From NCBI GenBank assembly GCA_963724765.1, contig CAVRVY010000004.1, positions 224,001 through 288,000 on the forward strand: 64,000 nucleotides of DNA, given 5' to 3'. The DNA comes from an uncultured delta proteobacterium (GTDB lineage: Bacteria > Desulfobacterota > Binatia > Binatales > Binataceae). Under the pieces are notes generated by a model. The model made no database searches. It saw nothing but the letters and a program-made list of their open reading frames with translations, and was not told where the DNA came from. The position numbers and the translations under genes were made by a program. Every line of letters begins with the position of its first letter. Positions within the stretch are counted from its first letter, which is position 1. Below are positions 15,882 to 26,509 of the stretch, piece after piece.

Positions 15882-18800
15882 TTGAGCGGCGTGGAGCGCA
15901 CCATCAGTATCCGCGGGGCGCGTACCCACAATCTCAAAGCCATCTCGCTCGACCTGCCGCACAAACAGCTTATCGTAGTGACCGGAGTCTCGGGGTCGGG
16001 CAAATCCAGCCTGGTCTTCGACACGCTCTACGCCGAGGGTCAGCGTCGCTACGTGCAGAGCCTCTCAACCTACGCCCGGATGTTCCTGGAGCGGATGGAC
16101 CGGCCGGACGTCGATTCGATTTCGGAAATTCCGCCCGCGCTCGCGCTGCGCCAGAAGAACACCATCAAGAATGCGCGCTCGACCGTCGGCACCGTCACCG
16201 AGATAAGCGACTACCTGCGCCTGTTGTTCGCGACGCTGGGGCGCACGACATGTCCGCGATGCGGCGGCGAGGTCACGCGCGACAGCGTCGAGAGCGCGGC
16301 GGCCCATGCGCTCAGCGGGACGGGGATGCATCTATTCCTGGCGCCTTTTGAGCCAGGCTCGCGCTCGACCGCGGCGGCCTGCGAGTTCCTCGCGCACAAC
16401 GGATACCATCGGCTGTTCGTCGACGGCGCGATTGTCGAGACCGCCGAGCTGCTGGGGCGCGCGGTGCAAAGCGTTGTGCAAGACGCCGGACCGGACGCGG
16501 CGCAAATCGTCACCGTCGGCACCGAGCTCGAAGCCGCACCTGACGGCGCGGCAGCCCGCTCGGCGGCGCTCGCCGAGCGCAACGGCGCCGCGCCCTTGAT
16601 GGTCGTCATCGACCGCGTCGCCAACGATTCCGCCGACGCGCCCGCCCGCGTGCGCGAGGCGCTCGAGAAAGCCTTCTACCTTGGTGGCGGACGCGCCCGC
16701 GTGGTCACCGTGGTGCGCGAGAATGGGCGCATGACGGCGATCGTCGACGCCGCCTTCGATCGCCGCTTCAACTGCTCGCGCTGCGGCACGCTTTTTCCGG
16801 AGCCCACGCCGGCGCTATTTTCCGCCAACAGCCCGATCGGCGCGTGCCCCGAGTGCGAAGGTTTCGGACGCACCGTCGAACTCGATCTGGAAAAAGTCAT
16901 GCCCGACCCCGGGCTCTCGCTGCGCCAGGGCCTTATCGCGCCATGGCGCACGCCGGCCTACCTGGAAATGAAGACCTGGATGCTCAAGTGCGCGCGGCGC
17001 GCGCGAGTGCGCACCGCAGTGCCGTTTCGCGAGATGACCGAGACCGAGCGGGTGTGGCTGCTCGAGGGCGAGCCCCGCGCCGAGGCGCGAAACGGCGCGA
17101 ACGATGGCGAGCGCGGCGACGATTGGGACCGATGGCCGGGGGTGCGCGGATTTTTCCGCTGGATGGAGAAGCGGCGCTACAAGACCCACGTCCGGATCCT
17201 GCTCGCACGCTACCGCCGCTTCGTCCCCTGCCCCACCTGCGGCGGCGCCAAGCTCAAACCCGAAGCGCTCAACGTGCGGGTCGAAGGAATCACTATCGCG
17301 GAGGTTGGGCGGCTCGCGGTGCGCGAGCTCAAGGTCTGGCTGGAACAACTCGGACGCCAGCCGCGCGCGGCCGAGCGCGCCGGCGTCGTGCTGCGCGAGC
17401 TTAAAAGCCGCGTCGGCTATCTCGCCGAAGTCGGGCTCGGCTACCTGACGGTGGAGCGCCAGGCGCGCACGCTCTCGGGCGGCGAAGCGCAGCGCATCCA
17501 TCTCGCGAGCGCGCTCGGCAGCCTGCTGACCTCCACGATGTACGCCCTCGACGAGCCCACTGTCGGACTGCACGCCGGTGACGTGCGCCGCCTGCTCGGC
17601 GTGCTACGCCATCTACGCGACCTCGGCAACACCGTGGTGGTGGTGGAGCACGACCCGATCATGATCGCGGGCGCGGATTTCACCGTCGAGCTCGGGCCCG
17701 GCGGCGGGCGCGAGGGCGGCAGCCTGATTCGCGCCGGCGCGCCGGTGCGCGCCCGTGGTGCGAAAGGCGTCAAGCGCGCCAACGGCGCCAGGAACGAGAA
17801 CGCGGGGACACCGGGACGGGTGATGCTGATGCGCACGCTCTCGCGCGAGCGGCGCTTCACCAGGCGCGACCCGGCGCTGCGTATCGTGGGCGCGCGCGAG
17901 CACAACCTCAAGGGCCTCGACGTGCGGATTCCGCTCGGCCGGATGGTTTGCGTCACCGGGGTATCGGGGTCGGGCAAATCGACGCTGGTCGAGGACGTGC
18001 TCTACAACAATTATCTGCGCCGGCGCGGCGAGCCGGTGAGCGAAGTCGGCGCCTGCGATCGGATCGAGGGCCTGGAGCTGGTGGGCGAGATGGTCCACAT
18101 GGGCCAGGAGCTGCCGGCGCGCTCGCTGCGCTCCAATCCCGCGACCTATCTGAAAATCTACGACGACATCCGCCGGCTCTTCGCGCAGAGCAACGAGGCG
18201 CGCCGCCTCGGCATCCAGCCCCGCCACTTCTCTTTCAACGTTGACGGCGGACGCTGCGAGAAATGCCACGGCACCGGCACCGTGACGATCGAGATGCACT
18301 TCATGGCCGACCTCGAAGTGCAATGCGACGCGTGCGACGGCCGCCGCTTCCAGAGCCACATCCTGGCCATCCGTTACCAGGGCCGCAACGTCAACGAGGT
18401 GCTCGCGCTGACGGTCGACGAAGCGCGCGGCTTCTTCGCCAAATCGCCGGCGGTCACGCGCCGGCTCGAGGCGCTGAGCGCGGTCGGCCTGGGCTACCTG
18501 TGCCTGGGGCAGGCGACTTCGACGCTCTCCGGCGGCGAGGCGCAGCGCCTCAAGCTCGCGCGCTTTCTGCTCACTGACCTGGAACCGCTGCCGGCGGGTG
18601 AGGACGGCAAACCGCTGGGGCGGGTTTTTCTGCTCGATGAACCGACCACCGGGTTGAGCTCCGCGGATATCCGCCAACTGCTGCGCGTGCTCGGGCGGCT
18701 GGTGACTGAGGGCAACACGTTGGTAGTAATCGAGCACCATCTGGAGTTCATCGCGCACGCGGATTACGTAATCGACCTCGGGCCGGGCGGCGGCGACGAC

Positions 18801-18953
18801 GGCGGGCGCGTGGTGGCCGCGGGTCCGCCGCTGAAGGTCGCGGCGGCGGCGCGTTCGCTGACCGGGCGCGAGCTGCGCGGGCTGTTCGGATTGCCGGCCA
18901 GCGCGCCGCGCGCCGCGGCGCGTTCGGCCAAGCTGCGTGCGAGCGCCGGATGA
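15882..18953 (+). CDS. uvrA: Excinuclease ABC subunit A (probably a divergent second-type paralog)
   Basis: Two ABC modules (GVSGSGKS, LSGGEAQR, LDEPT), CxxC zinc fingers, EGQRRY. Confidence 0.93.
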   Translation: MSGVERTISIRGARTHNLKAISLDLPHKQLIVVTGVSGSGKSSLVFDTLYAEGQRRYVQSLSTYARMFLERMDRPDVDSISEIPPALALRQKNTIKNARSTVGTVTEISDYLRLLFATLGRTTCPRCGGEVTRDSVESAAAHALSGTGMHLFLAPFEPGSRSTAAACEFLAHNGYHRLFVDGAIVETAELLGRAVQSVVQDAGPDAAQIVTVGTELEAAPDGAAARSAALAERNGAAPLMVVIDRVANDSADAPARVREALEKAFYLGGGRARVVTVVRENGRMTAIVDAAFDRRFNCSRCGTLFPEPTPALFSANSPIGACPECEGFGRTVELDLEKVMPDPGLSLRQGLIAPWRTPAYLEMKTWMLKCARRARVRTAVPFREMTETERVWLLEGEPRAEARNGANDGERGDDWDRWPGVRGFFRWMEKRRYKTHVRILLARYRRFVPCPTCGGAKLKPEALNVRVEGITIAEVGRLAVRELKVWLEQLGRQPRAAERAGVVLRELKSRVGYLAEVGLGYLTVERQARTLSGGEAQRIHLASALGSLLTSTMYALDEPTVGLHAGDVRRLLGVLRHLRDLGNTVVVVEHDPIMIAGADFTVELGPGGGREGGSLIRAGAPVRARGAKGVKRANGARNENAGTPGRVMLMRTLSRERRFTRRDPALRIVGAREHNLKGLDVRIPLGRMVCVTGVSGSGKSTLVEDVLYNNYLRRRGEPVSEVGACDRIEGLELVGEMVHMGQELPARSLRSNPATYLKIYDDIRRLFAQSNEARRLGIQPRHFSFNVDGGRCEKCHGTGTVTIEMHFMADLEVQCDACDGRRFQSHILAIRYQGRNVNEVLALTVDEARGFFAKSPAVTRRLEALSAVGLGYLCLGQATSTLSGGEAQRLKLARFLLTDLEPLPAGEDGKPLGRVFLLDEPTTGLSSADIRQLLRVLGRLVTEGNTLVVIEHHLEFIAHADYVIDLGPGGGDDGGRVVAAGPPLKVAAAARSLTGRELRGLFGLPASAPRAAARSAKLRASAG

Positions 18954-19159
18954 CGGGTCGATTACGGGGGTGGTGTCGCGGTGCGACGCGGATCGGTTTC
19001 GTCGACATCGTGGTCATCGCGATCGTGATGGCAATCCTGCTCTTCGCCTCGTGGAAGCAGTTTTCCGACTACAACCGCCCGTTCACGCCGCGCGCGATTC
19101 TCACTCCAGCGCCTCGACTGCCAGCGCCCGGAAGCATCCGCACTCCGGCTCCGCGGTAG
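18950..19159 (+). CDS. Small single-TM protein
   Basis: ATGA overlap with the uvrA stop; hydrophobic IVVIAIVMAILLFA. Confidence 0.55.
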   Translation: MTGRLRGWCRGATRIGFVDIVVIAIVMAILLFASWKQFSDYNRPFTPRAILTPAPRLPAPGSIRTPAPR

Positions 19160-19272
19160 TGGATCATTTTGAAATTTTCCGCATCGCAAGGCCAAACGCG
19201 CTCTGGTAAAATCCGTGTCATCTCGTACCGGCGGGGGCGAAAGGCCCGCTGGACATAGCCTGGGAGTGGATC

Positions 19273-19845
19273 ATGAATCCTGAACCACCTTCCGCCAAGC
19301 GACTCAAAGACTTCTTTCTCGCGATGACGCGCACCAGCTTCGGCCAGCTCGGATTGGCTGATCAGCAGGTGGTCGACTACGTCGCGTCGGTGTTGACCGA
19401 CTTCAGCGCCGCTGGAAATTGGCTCGCGCTGCGCGACGCGGAGGGCCGCCGGCTGACCAGCGTGGTCGAGATGCTGGCTTCACAGATGGGCGCGCCGCAG
19501 ACGCGCGGGCGCGTGCTCGGCGAGCGCGAGTTGCGCAAGTACGTCGGCGACTACACGCTGTTCATGTCGGGTCTGTTCCGCACCTTCGTCGAGCGCGGCG
19601 GTTACCTCGACTATTATCTCGAAGAGGGCAAGCGTTCCTACCAAACCGTCTCGGAGCTCGACGTTGCGCTGTATCGGCCGGGCTTTTTGATGTTCGAAGA
19701 GCTGAGCCGCAGCTTCGAGAATTATTCGGGCGCGCTCGACTACATGCGCAAATGCTTCTTCAAGCCCGCGCCCAACCAGGACCCGTTCGCGGGCTTCGCG
19801 GAAAAAATCGACGGCTGGGTTCGGCTGCGCCTCACCCCAAATTGA
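19273..19845 (+). CDS. Conserved hypothetical protein
   Basis: Well-formed 190-aa ORF with RBS; YVASVL...GDYTLFMSGLF...YY..EGKRSY pattern. Confidence 0.8.
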   Translation: MNPEPPSAKRLKDFFLAMTRTSFGQLGLADQQVVDYVASVLTDFSAAGNWLALRDAEGRRLTSVVEMLASQMGAPQTRGRVLGERELRKYVGDYTLFMSGLFRTFVERGGYLDYYLEEGKRSYQTVSELDVALYRPGFLMFEELSRSFENYSGALDYMRKCFFKPAPNQDPFAGFAEKIDGWVRLRLTPN

Positions 19846-19858
19846 TGCCTACCAACTG

Positions 19859-20761
19859 ATGCCGCCCGACGCGCGCGAGCGCCTCGACCATTACCTGGTG
19901 CGCCTTGGATGGGCGCGCTCGCGGCGCGCCGCACGTGAGATGCTCGCCGGCGGCCTGGTTCGCGTCAACGGCCGCATGCTGCGCAAGGGTGAGCTGGTCG
20001 GCGGCGGCGATGCCGTCGAAATCGGCGAAGTCTCGACGCTACCCGCGCTCGCGCCTGACCCTGAAGTAAAAATCGAAGTGCTCTTCCGTGACCCCGCGAT
20101 CCTGGTGGTCAACAAGCGCGCGCCGATGGCGTGTCATCCGCTGCGTCCGGGCGAGCGCGGCACCCTGATGAACGGCGTCGTCGCCGAGTTTCCCGAGGCG
20201 GCCACGGCAGGTGACAATCCGCGCGAGGGCGGCCTGGTCCACCGTCTCGACAACGGCACCTCGGGCGCCCTGCTCGTGGCGCTTCAGCCGGCCGCCTTCG
20301 TCGCTTTGCGCGAGGCGATTCGCACTGGCCGCATACGCCGGAACTACCAGGCGTTAGTCGCAGGCAATCTTAGAGAATCACTTCAGATTGAAAAATCGAT
20401 CGCCCACGACCCGCGCAATCCGCGCCGGATGATCGCTGTTGCCGCCAGTATCGCGAATGCGCGCACCGCTGCGACCGCGATCGAGCCGATACGGCGCTTT
20501 GGCGATTTCACTTTAGTCGCGGCCAGACCGCGCACCGGGATGCGCCATCAGATTCGCGTGCATCTGGCGCACGCAGGCCATCCGATTGCCGGCGACGCGC
20601 TCTATGGCGGCCCGCCGCTCGACGCGCTCACCGAGGGCCGCTTCTGGCTGCATCTGGCGGAGATCGAATTTCGCTCGCCGCTCACCGGCCCGGTGCGAGC
20701 ACGGTCGCCGCTGCCGCGCGACCTCGAAAACGCGATCAGGGAGGCAAGCCGCCGCGGATAA
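19859..20761 (+). CDS. RluA-family pseudouridine synthase with S4 domain
   Basis: VHRLDNGTSG catalytic motif, TGMRHQIRVH, GHPIAGD. Confidence 0.92.
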   Translation: MPPDARERLDHYLVRLGWARSRRAAREMLAGGLVRVNGRMLRKGELVGGGDAVEIGEVSTLPALAPDPEVKIEVLFRDPAILVVNKRAPMACHPLRPGERGTLMNGVVAEFPEAATAGDNPREGGLVHRLDNGTSGALLVALQPAAFVALREAIRTGRIRRNYQALVAGNLRESLQIEKSIAHDPRNPRRMIAVAASIANARTAATAIEPIRRFGDFTLVAARPRTGMRHQIRVHLAHAGHPIAGDALYGGPPLDALTEGRFWLHLAEIEFRSPLTGPVRARSPLPRDLENAIREASRRG

Positions 20762-20805
20762 GCCTCGAGTATTTTCGGACCCAGACTAATTTGTCGACGT
20801 AAACT

Positions 20806-21213
20806 TTATTTGTCGACGTAAACCTGGCGATGCGCGAACTGCCAGTTGCCGTCAACCTTGCGCAGTTCGTCGCGATACCCGCCCACCGCGGCCAACTCGG
20901 TCTTGCCGCCCTTGATGTGGAAATAGATCAGGTTGCAGGTGCCGTGAGCGTGATCGCCGTGGACGTCGAAGCTGACGTTCACCATCATGTGGCGGACCTG
21001 TGCGCCCGCCCATGATTCCTTGTACGAAGCGCAGAACTTGCGCAGCGCCGTGTGGCCGGCGTGCTTGCCGAAGGACGAATTTTCGAAAACGCCGTCCTCG
21101 GTGAAGCAATTGACCCACTCCTCGAACTTGCTCGAATCGATGTAGAGCGCGTAGCGCGCATAGAGCTCGCGAATCTGTTCGCGATCTTCGCTGTTTCCCG
21201 TAATCGCCGGCAT
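20806..21213 (-). CDS. SnoaL/NTF2-like protein
   Basis: IRELYARY...D, RH, Y.D...K.DG.W pattern; AGGAGG RBS. Confidence 0.87.
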   Translation of the reverse strand: MPAITGNSEDREQIRELYARYALYIDSSKFEEWVNCFTEDGVFENSSFGKHAGHTALRKFCASYKESWAGAQVRHMMVNVSFDVHGDHAHGTCNLIYFHIKGGKTELAAVGGYRDELRKVDGNWQFAHRQVYVDK

Positions 21214-21255
21214 AAGCTTTACCTCCTGCGCGCCCGCGCGGCGCGTCGCGTTGCC

Positions 21256-22467
21256 TCAGATTACACCCGACTCCTTGAGCCTCGCCACGTCCTCCCAGCT
21301 ATAACCCAGCATCTCGGTAAGCACCGCCTCAGTGTGCTCGCCCAACTCCGGCGCGTGGCCGCGCGGGTTGGCCGGCGTCTCGCTGAGCTTGACCGGAAAA
21401 CCGACCAGCTTCATCGCGCCCAGCCCGGGATGCTCGTAATTCACGACATAGTCATTGGCCAGCACCTGCGAATCGTCCGGCAGATCGGAGACGCGGTTGA
21501 CGACCGTATAGATGAAGTCGCCGCCGGCCTTCAGCAATCTCATCCATTCCTCGCGCGGCCTGGTGATGAAAACCTCGTCGAAGATCGCGACCAGCGCCTT
21601 GCAATTCTTGCCGCGCACGTTGATGTCCTTGAAGCGCGGATCGTCGATAAGCTCGGGCCGGCCGAGCGTGTTGCACAGGTCCTTCCAGTAGCGGTCCGCC
21701 TGCAACATCCCGAGCGTCAGCCATTTGCCGTCGGCGCATCGGTAATGATTCCACAGCGGGTTGAAAGCGTTCTCCCGCGTGTTGCGGCGAAACTCGGAGC
21801 CCATGATGTTGCGGCAGGCGAGGTTCAAGCCCTGCAGCGCGATCATCGAGCCCAGGTGCGAAGCGTTGACCTCCTGCCCGACGCCGTAGCGCTCGCGCGC
21901 GAGCAGCGCCGTGATCACGCCGTACGACAGCATGATCGCGCCCATCTGGTCGGCTATGCCGCCGAACAGGTAGACCGGATCGTCGTTGTCGGTTCCCCCG
22001 ATATGCATCACGCCCGAACGCGCTTGGGCCAGGTAGTCGAACGAGGGCTCGCCGCTGTCGGGTCCCTCCGGGCCATAGCCAGACGCGGTCGCGTAGATGA
22101 GCCTGGGGTTGATCTCGCGCAGCGTCTGGTAGTCCAGCCCCAGGCGCTGGGCCACGCCCTTGCGGTAGTTCTGCACGAAGACGTCGCTCTTGGCGACGAG
22201 CTGGTAGACAATCTCGCGCGCCTCGGATTTCTTCATGTCGAGTGTGATGCTTTTTTTGTGGCGGTTATTGGACTCGAAATAGAAGTTCTTGCCGTTGCGC
22301 GCGGTGGTGGCGCCCGAGACCGCGAAGATCGCGCGCCCCGGATCGCCGTCTAGCGTCTCGAGCTTGATTACCTCGGCGCCCAGGTCGGCCAGCAACGCGG
22401 TTGCAAACGGCCCCTGCTGCCAAATCGTCCAGTCGATGACCCTTATTCCGTCAAGCGGCGTCTTCAT
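21256..22467 (-). CDS. CaiB/BaiF family III CoA-transferase
   Basis: PLDGIRVID, LADLGAEVIK, NRHKKS, APELGEHT. Confidence 0.93.
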   Translation of the reverse strand: MKTPLDGIRVIDWTIWQQGPFATALLADLGAEVIKLETLDGDPGRAIFAVSGATTARNGKNFYFESNNRHKKSITLDMKKSEAREIVYQLVAKSDVFVQNYRKGVAQRLGLDYQTLREINPRLIYATASGYGPEGPDSGEPSFDYLAQARSGVMHIGGTDNDDPVYLFGGIADQMGAIMLSYGVITALLARERYGVGQEVNASHLGSMIALQGLNLACRNIMGSEFRRNTRENAFNPLWNHYRCADGKWLTLGMLQADRYWKDLCNTLGRPELIDDPRFKDINVRGKNCKALVAIFDEVFITRPREEWMRLLKAGGDFIYTVVNRVSDLPDDSQVLANDYVVNYEHPGLGAMKLVGFPVKLSETPANPRGHAPELGEHTEAVLTEMLGYSWEDVARLKESGVI

Positions 22468-22642
22468 ATTTTCCCTATACCACAAGACGGGCCGCGACGG
22501 ATCGCCGCGCCAAACCTCAATTTGAGCGCCTGTCCACAACACCGGCCGGCCTACGGCGGTTATTGGCGGCTCAAATTGACGGATTAATTGACTTGCCGGC
22601 GCTTGAGTTACCGCGCGTGAGCCTTCATCAATAGAAACGGGA

Positions 22643-23383
22643 ATGATGCTGCATTACCTGCTCAATTTTCTTTATCCGCCGCGATGCGCGGTGTGCGAGG
22701 CCGCCCTGCCGATCGACACCACGCATCGCGTATGCGCCCCGTGCCTTGGCGCGGTTGAGCCGATGCGCCCGCCGCTCTGCCTGGTGTGCGGAGCGCCGCT
22801 TGACGCCGCTGACGAGGACGAGCGTTGCGGTCACTGCCGCGCCGATCCGCCGGCATTCGACTCGGCCCGCGCAGTCACGCGCTACCGCTCCGGCGCTGAC
22901 AGTTCCAGGATGGACGGCTCGAGCACGGTCGCGGCGCTGTTGCGCCGGCACAAGTACGGCCTCGACCAGTCGCTGGGCCGCGCGCTGGCCGAGTATCTCG
23001 ACGCCGCGCCGGCGATGGACTCCGGCGCCTACGACGTCGTCATCCCCGTCCCGCTCCATCGCACGCGTCTTCGATGGCGCGGCTTTAACCAGGCCGCGCT
23101 GCTGGGCGCCGCGCTCGCGCGGCGGCTCAATTGCTCGCTCGACGTCGCCACGCTGGCGCGCGTGCGCTCTACCGCGTCGCAGACCGAGCGCGACCGCGCC
23201 CAGCGCGCACGTAACGTTCGCAACGCTTTTTCAGTGCGCCGTCCCTCCCGCGTCGCCGGCCGCCGCATCCTGCTGGTCGACGACGTTATGACTACCGGTG
23301 CGACCGCCGACGAATGTGCGCGCGTTCTGCGCGCCGCGGGCGCGCGACGAATCGACGTCCTGACCCTGGCTCGCGTGTTATGA
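22643..23383 (+). CDS. comF: ComF family protein (Zn ribbon plus PRT domain)
   Basis: CxxC pairs, RGFNQA, LLVDDVMTTGAT. Confidence 0.92.
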   Translation: MMLHYLLNFLYPPRCAVCEAALPIDTTHRVCAPCLGAVEPMRPPLCLVCGAPLDAADEDERCGHCRADPPAFDSARAVTRYRSGADSSRMDGSSTVAALLRRHKYGLDQSLGRALAEYLDAAPAMDSGAYDVVIPVPLHRTRLRWRGFNQAALLGAALARRLNCSLDVATLARVRSTASQTERDRAQRARNVRNAFSVRRPSRVAGRRILLVDDVMTTGATADECARVLRAAGARRIDVLTLARVL

Positions 23384-23973
23384 GCGACGCGAACCTGCGC
23401 GAAGCGGAAAAGCGCCGCGACTGGGAAACCCGCCAACGCGCCAGCGCCGGGCCCCGCGCCCCGGAGCCGTCGGTGGTCGAAATGCTCGAGCTGTTGCCGC
23501 GCGGCCTCGCGTTCGACGTCGCTGCCGGGACCGGCCGCCACAGCCTGCTGCTCGCGCGTGCGGGCTTCAAAGTCATCGCGATCGACTACTCCGAAACGGC
23601 GCTCCGCACGCTGCAATCGATCGCGCGCGCCGAGCAGCTCTCCGTATGGCCGCTCGTGGCCGACCTCTCGGTTCTTCCCCTGCCGCGCGGCCGCTTTGAC
23701 GCGATACTCAACGTCAACTTTCTCGACCGCGCACTGGTGCCGCGCCTTATCGACGCGCTGCGGCCCGGCGGCGCACTGCTCTGCGACACCTTTCTGATCG
23801 ATCAGGCGGCGAGCGGCCATCCGCGCAATCCCGACTTCATGCTGCAACACTACGAGCTGCGCGAAATGCTCAGTGAGATGAATCTCGTGCGCTACCGCGA
23901 GGGCCTCGTCGTCTACCCCGACAGCAAAAGCGCCTGGCGTGCGTCGGCGCTGGCCATCCGCAAGGGCGCCTGA
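23380..23973 (+). CDS. Class I SAM-dependent methyltransferase (TehB-like)
   Basis: DVAAGTGRHS motif I, LRPGG; ATGA overlap with comF. Confidence 0.88.
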   Translation: MSDANLREAEKRRDWETRQRASAGPRAPEPSVVEMLELLPRGLAFDVAAGTGRHSLLLARAGFKVIAIDYSETALRTLQSIARAEQLSVWPLVADLSVLPLPRGRFDAILNVNFLDRALVPRLIDALRPGGALLCDTFLIDQAASGHPRNPDFMLQHYELREMLSEMNLVRYREGLVVYPDSKSAWRASALAIRKGA

Positions 23974-23976
23974 GCG

Positions 23977-25026
23977 ATGGTGGCGCGCGGGCTCAGCTAC
24001 AAAGCGGCCGGGGTCGATATCGATCTCAAGGAACGGCTGGTGCCGATGCTGCGGCGGCTCGCGCGGCCGACGCTGGGCCCGCACGTGATTGGCGGGATCG
24101 GCGGCTTCGGCGCGATGATCGCGCTCGACGGCGCGCGCGCGATGCGCTCGCCGGTGCTGGTGGCGGGAACCGACGGCGTCGGGACCAAGCTCAAGATTGC
24201 GTTTATGACCGGTCGCCACGACACGGTCGGTATCGATTGCGTCGCGATGTGCGTCAACGACATCGTGTGCCACGCCGCGCGTCCGCTGTTCTTCCTCGAC
24301 TACATTGCGACCGGCAAGCTCAAGAGCGACGTCGCGCTGGCGCTGGTAAAAAGCGTCGCGCGCGGGTGCAAACTCGCGGGGATGAGTCTGGTCGGCGGCG
24401 AAACGGCGCAGATGCCCGGTTTCTACCGGCCCGGCGAGTATGACATCGCCGGCTTCGCGGTCGGACTCGCCGAGCGCGCCGCGATTCCGCGCCCCGAGCG
24501 CATCCGGCCGGGCGACGTGCTGGTTGGTCTCGCTTCCAACGGACTTCATTCCAACGGCTTCTCGCTGGTCCGCCGCGTACTGCTCGAGCGCGCGCGGCTG
24601 AAACTCAATTCACGCGTCGCAGAGCTGGGCTGCACGCTCGCCGACGAACTCCTGCGTCCGACGAAAATCTACGCCAGGGTTGCGACCTCATTGTTCGAGC
24701 GCTTTCCGCTTCGCGGCCTCGCCAATATCACCGGCGGCGGCATAGTCGAGAACCTGCCGCGCGTGTTGCCAAAAGGGATCGAGGCGGTCGTGCGTCGCGG
24801 GAGCTGGCCGGCGCCGCCGATTTTCGATCTCATCGCGCGGCTGGGCCGAATCAGGCCGGCCGAGATGGATCGCACCTTCAACAACGGCCTCGGAATGATC
24901 GCCGTAGTGCCGCCCGGTGACGCCGATGCCGTCCTCGCTCATTTGCGCCGCCTGCGCACGCGGGCCTATCTTGTCGGCGACGTTAGACGGGTCGGCCGCG
25001 GCAAGCGCGGAGTCGTGCTGCTCTAA
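23977..25026 (+). CDS. purM: Phosphoribosylformylglycinamidine cyclo-ligase
   Basis: YKAAGVDI, TDGVGTK, GGETAQMP, GLHSNGFS. Confidence 0.96.
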   Translation: MVARGLSYKAAGVDIDLKERLVPMLRRLARPTLGPHVIGGIGGFGAMIALDGARAMRSPVLVAGTDGVGTKLKIAFMTGRHDTVGIDCVAMCVNDIVCHAARPLFFLDYIATGKLKSDVALALVKSVARGCKLAGMSLVGGETAQMPGFYRPGEYDIAGFAVGLAERAAIPRPERIRPGDVLVGLASNGLHSNGFSLVRRVLLERARLKLNSRVAELGCTLADELLRPTKIYARVATSLFERFPLRGLANITGGGIVENLPRVLPKGIEAVVRRGSWPAPPIFDLIARLGRIRPAEMDRTFNNGLGMIAVVPPGDADAVLAHLRRLRTRAYLVGDVRRVGRGKRGVVLL

Positions 25027-25064
25027 ACAGCCGCACAGGCTGAGCGGCAAAAGGAAACTACGCG

Positions 25065-25760
25065 ATGGCAGAGCGGGCGCCGGTAAAACTGGGAGTGCTG
25101 ATTTCAGGCGCCGGCACCAACCTGCAGGCGATTATCGACGCGCTCGAGCGCCGCGAACTGCGCGGCGAAATCCGCCTCGTGGTCTCCAACCGCGCGGGCG
25201 CGCAAGGGCTGGAGCGCGCACGCCGCCATGGGATTGCCACCCGCGTTATCGAGCATCGCCGCTTCCCGTCGCGTGAGGACTTCGACCGCGCGCTGGCCGG
25301 CGCGCTGACCGAGCACGGCGTCGAACTCGTCATATGTGCCGGGTTCATGCGGCTGCTGTCGCCGGTGATGCTGGCCGCGTTTCCCGACCGCGTGATGAAT
25401 ATCCATCCCGCGCTGCTGCCGGCCTTTCCGGGCGTGCACGCGCAAGAGGCTGCGCTCAAATATGGCGTCCGCTTCACCGGATGCACCGTGTTTTTCGTGC
25501 GCGAAGGCGTCGACGACGGACCGATCATCGTGCAGGCGGTGGTCCCTGTCCTGCCCGGCGACAGCGAGGAAAGCCTGAGCGAACGCATCCGCGCGCAGGA
25601 GCATCGCATCTATCCCTGGGCGATTCAGCTTTTCCAGGAGGGGCGCCTCACGATCGAGGGCCGCACCGTGCGGATCGCGGATTTCCCGGCCGGCGATGAA
25701 TCGCTCGCGCTGGTGAATCCTCGCTCGCCGCATTCGCCGCGCCTGAAACGTCCGCACTGA
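25065..25760 (+). CDS. purN: Phosphoribosylglycinamide formyltransferase
   Basis: ISGAGTNLQA, NIHPALLP, GCTV, DDGPII. Confidence 0.96.
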   Translation: MAERAPVKLGVLISGAGTNLQAIIDALERRELRGEIRLVVSNRAGAQGLERARRHGIATRVIEHRRFPSREDFDRALAGALTEHGVELVICAGFMRLLSPVMLAAFPDRVMNIHPALLPAFPGVHAQEAALKYGVRFTGCTVFFVREGVDDGPIIVQAVVPVLPGDSEESLSERIRAQEHRIYPWAIQLFQEGRLTIEGRTVRIADFPAGDESLALVNPRSPHSPRLKRPH

Positions 25761-25777
25761 CTTGCGGGCAATGAAAA

Positions 25778-26509
25778 GTGAAAACGCTTTCAGTGATCGT
25801 CCCGATGCTCAATGAGGAGCGAGAGATCGCACGCACGCTCGACGCGATTGCGGCGGGCGCGCGCGGCGCGGAAGCGATCGTAGAAGTTATTGTAGTCGAC
25901 GGCGGCAGTTCCGATCGCAGCCGCGAGCAAGCGCGGCCGCGATGCGCCCGGGTGCTCGACGCGCCGCGCGGCCTCGCCCGCCAGATGAACGCCGGCGCCG
26001 CAGCCGCGAAGGGCGACGCGCTGGTCTTCGTACACGCCGACACGCTCGTGCCGCTGACCTTTGCCCGCGATATCGCCGCGGCGCTCGCCGACCCTACCGT
26101 CGTGGGCGGCCGTTTCGACCTGCGGCTGAACGACGACGCGCCGATGTTGCGGCTTATCGGATGGCTCATCAGCGCGCGTTCGCGGCTAAGCCGCACGGGC
26201 ACTGGCGATCAGGCGATCTTCGTGCGGCGCGAGGTCTTCGAGCGGCTGGGCGGCTATCCCGACATCCCTCTGTGCGAAGACCTCGACCTCGCGCGCCGGC
26301 TCAAACGCATTGGACGCGTCGCCTGCCTGCGCTCTCGCGTCACGAGCTCGGCGCGGCGATGGCGCCAGCGCGGCGTGCTGGCCACAACGCTGCGGATGTG
26401 GTTCATCCGGGTCGCATTTCTGCTCGGCGTTTCGCCCGCCCGACTGGCCCATCTTTACAACCGTGGCGGGCCAGTCGAAAATGAAAGCCAGAGGTCGATA
26501 AGTGGCTAA
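25778..26509 (+). CDS. Family 2 glycosyltransferase (TIGR04283-like)
   Basis: VDGGS, RQMNAGA, HAD, GDQAIF, ED, SARRW. Confidence 0.88.
   Translation: MKTLSVIVPMLNEEREIARTLDAIAAGARGAEAIVEVIVVDGGSSDRSREQARPRCARVLDAPRGLARQMNAGAAAAKGDALVFVHADTLVPLTFARDIAAALADPTVVGGRFDLRLNDDAPMLRLIGWLISARSRLSRTGTGDQAIFVRREVFERLGGYPDIPLCEDLDLARRLKRIGRVACLRSRVTSSARRWRQRGVLATTLRMWFIRVAFLLGVSPARLAHLYNRGGPVENESQRSISG

Noticed and set aside
18950-19159. Type IV pilin call for RIG|FVDIVV peptide
   Set aside because: No Glu at +5 and no pilin context; kept as a small TM protein
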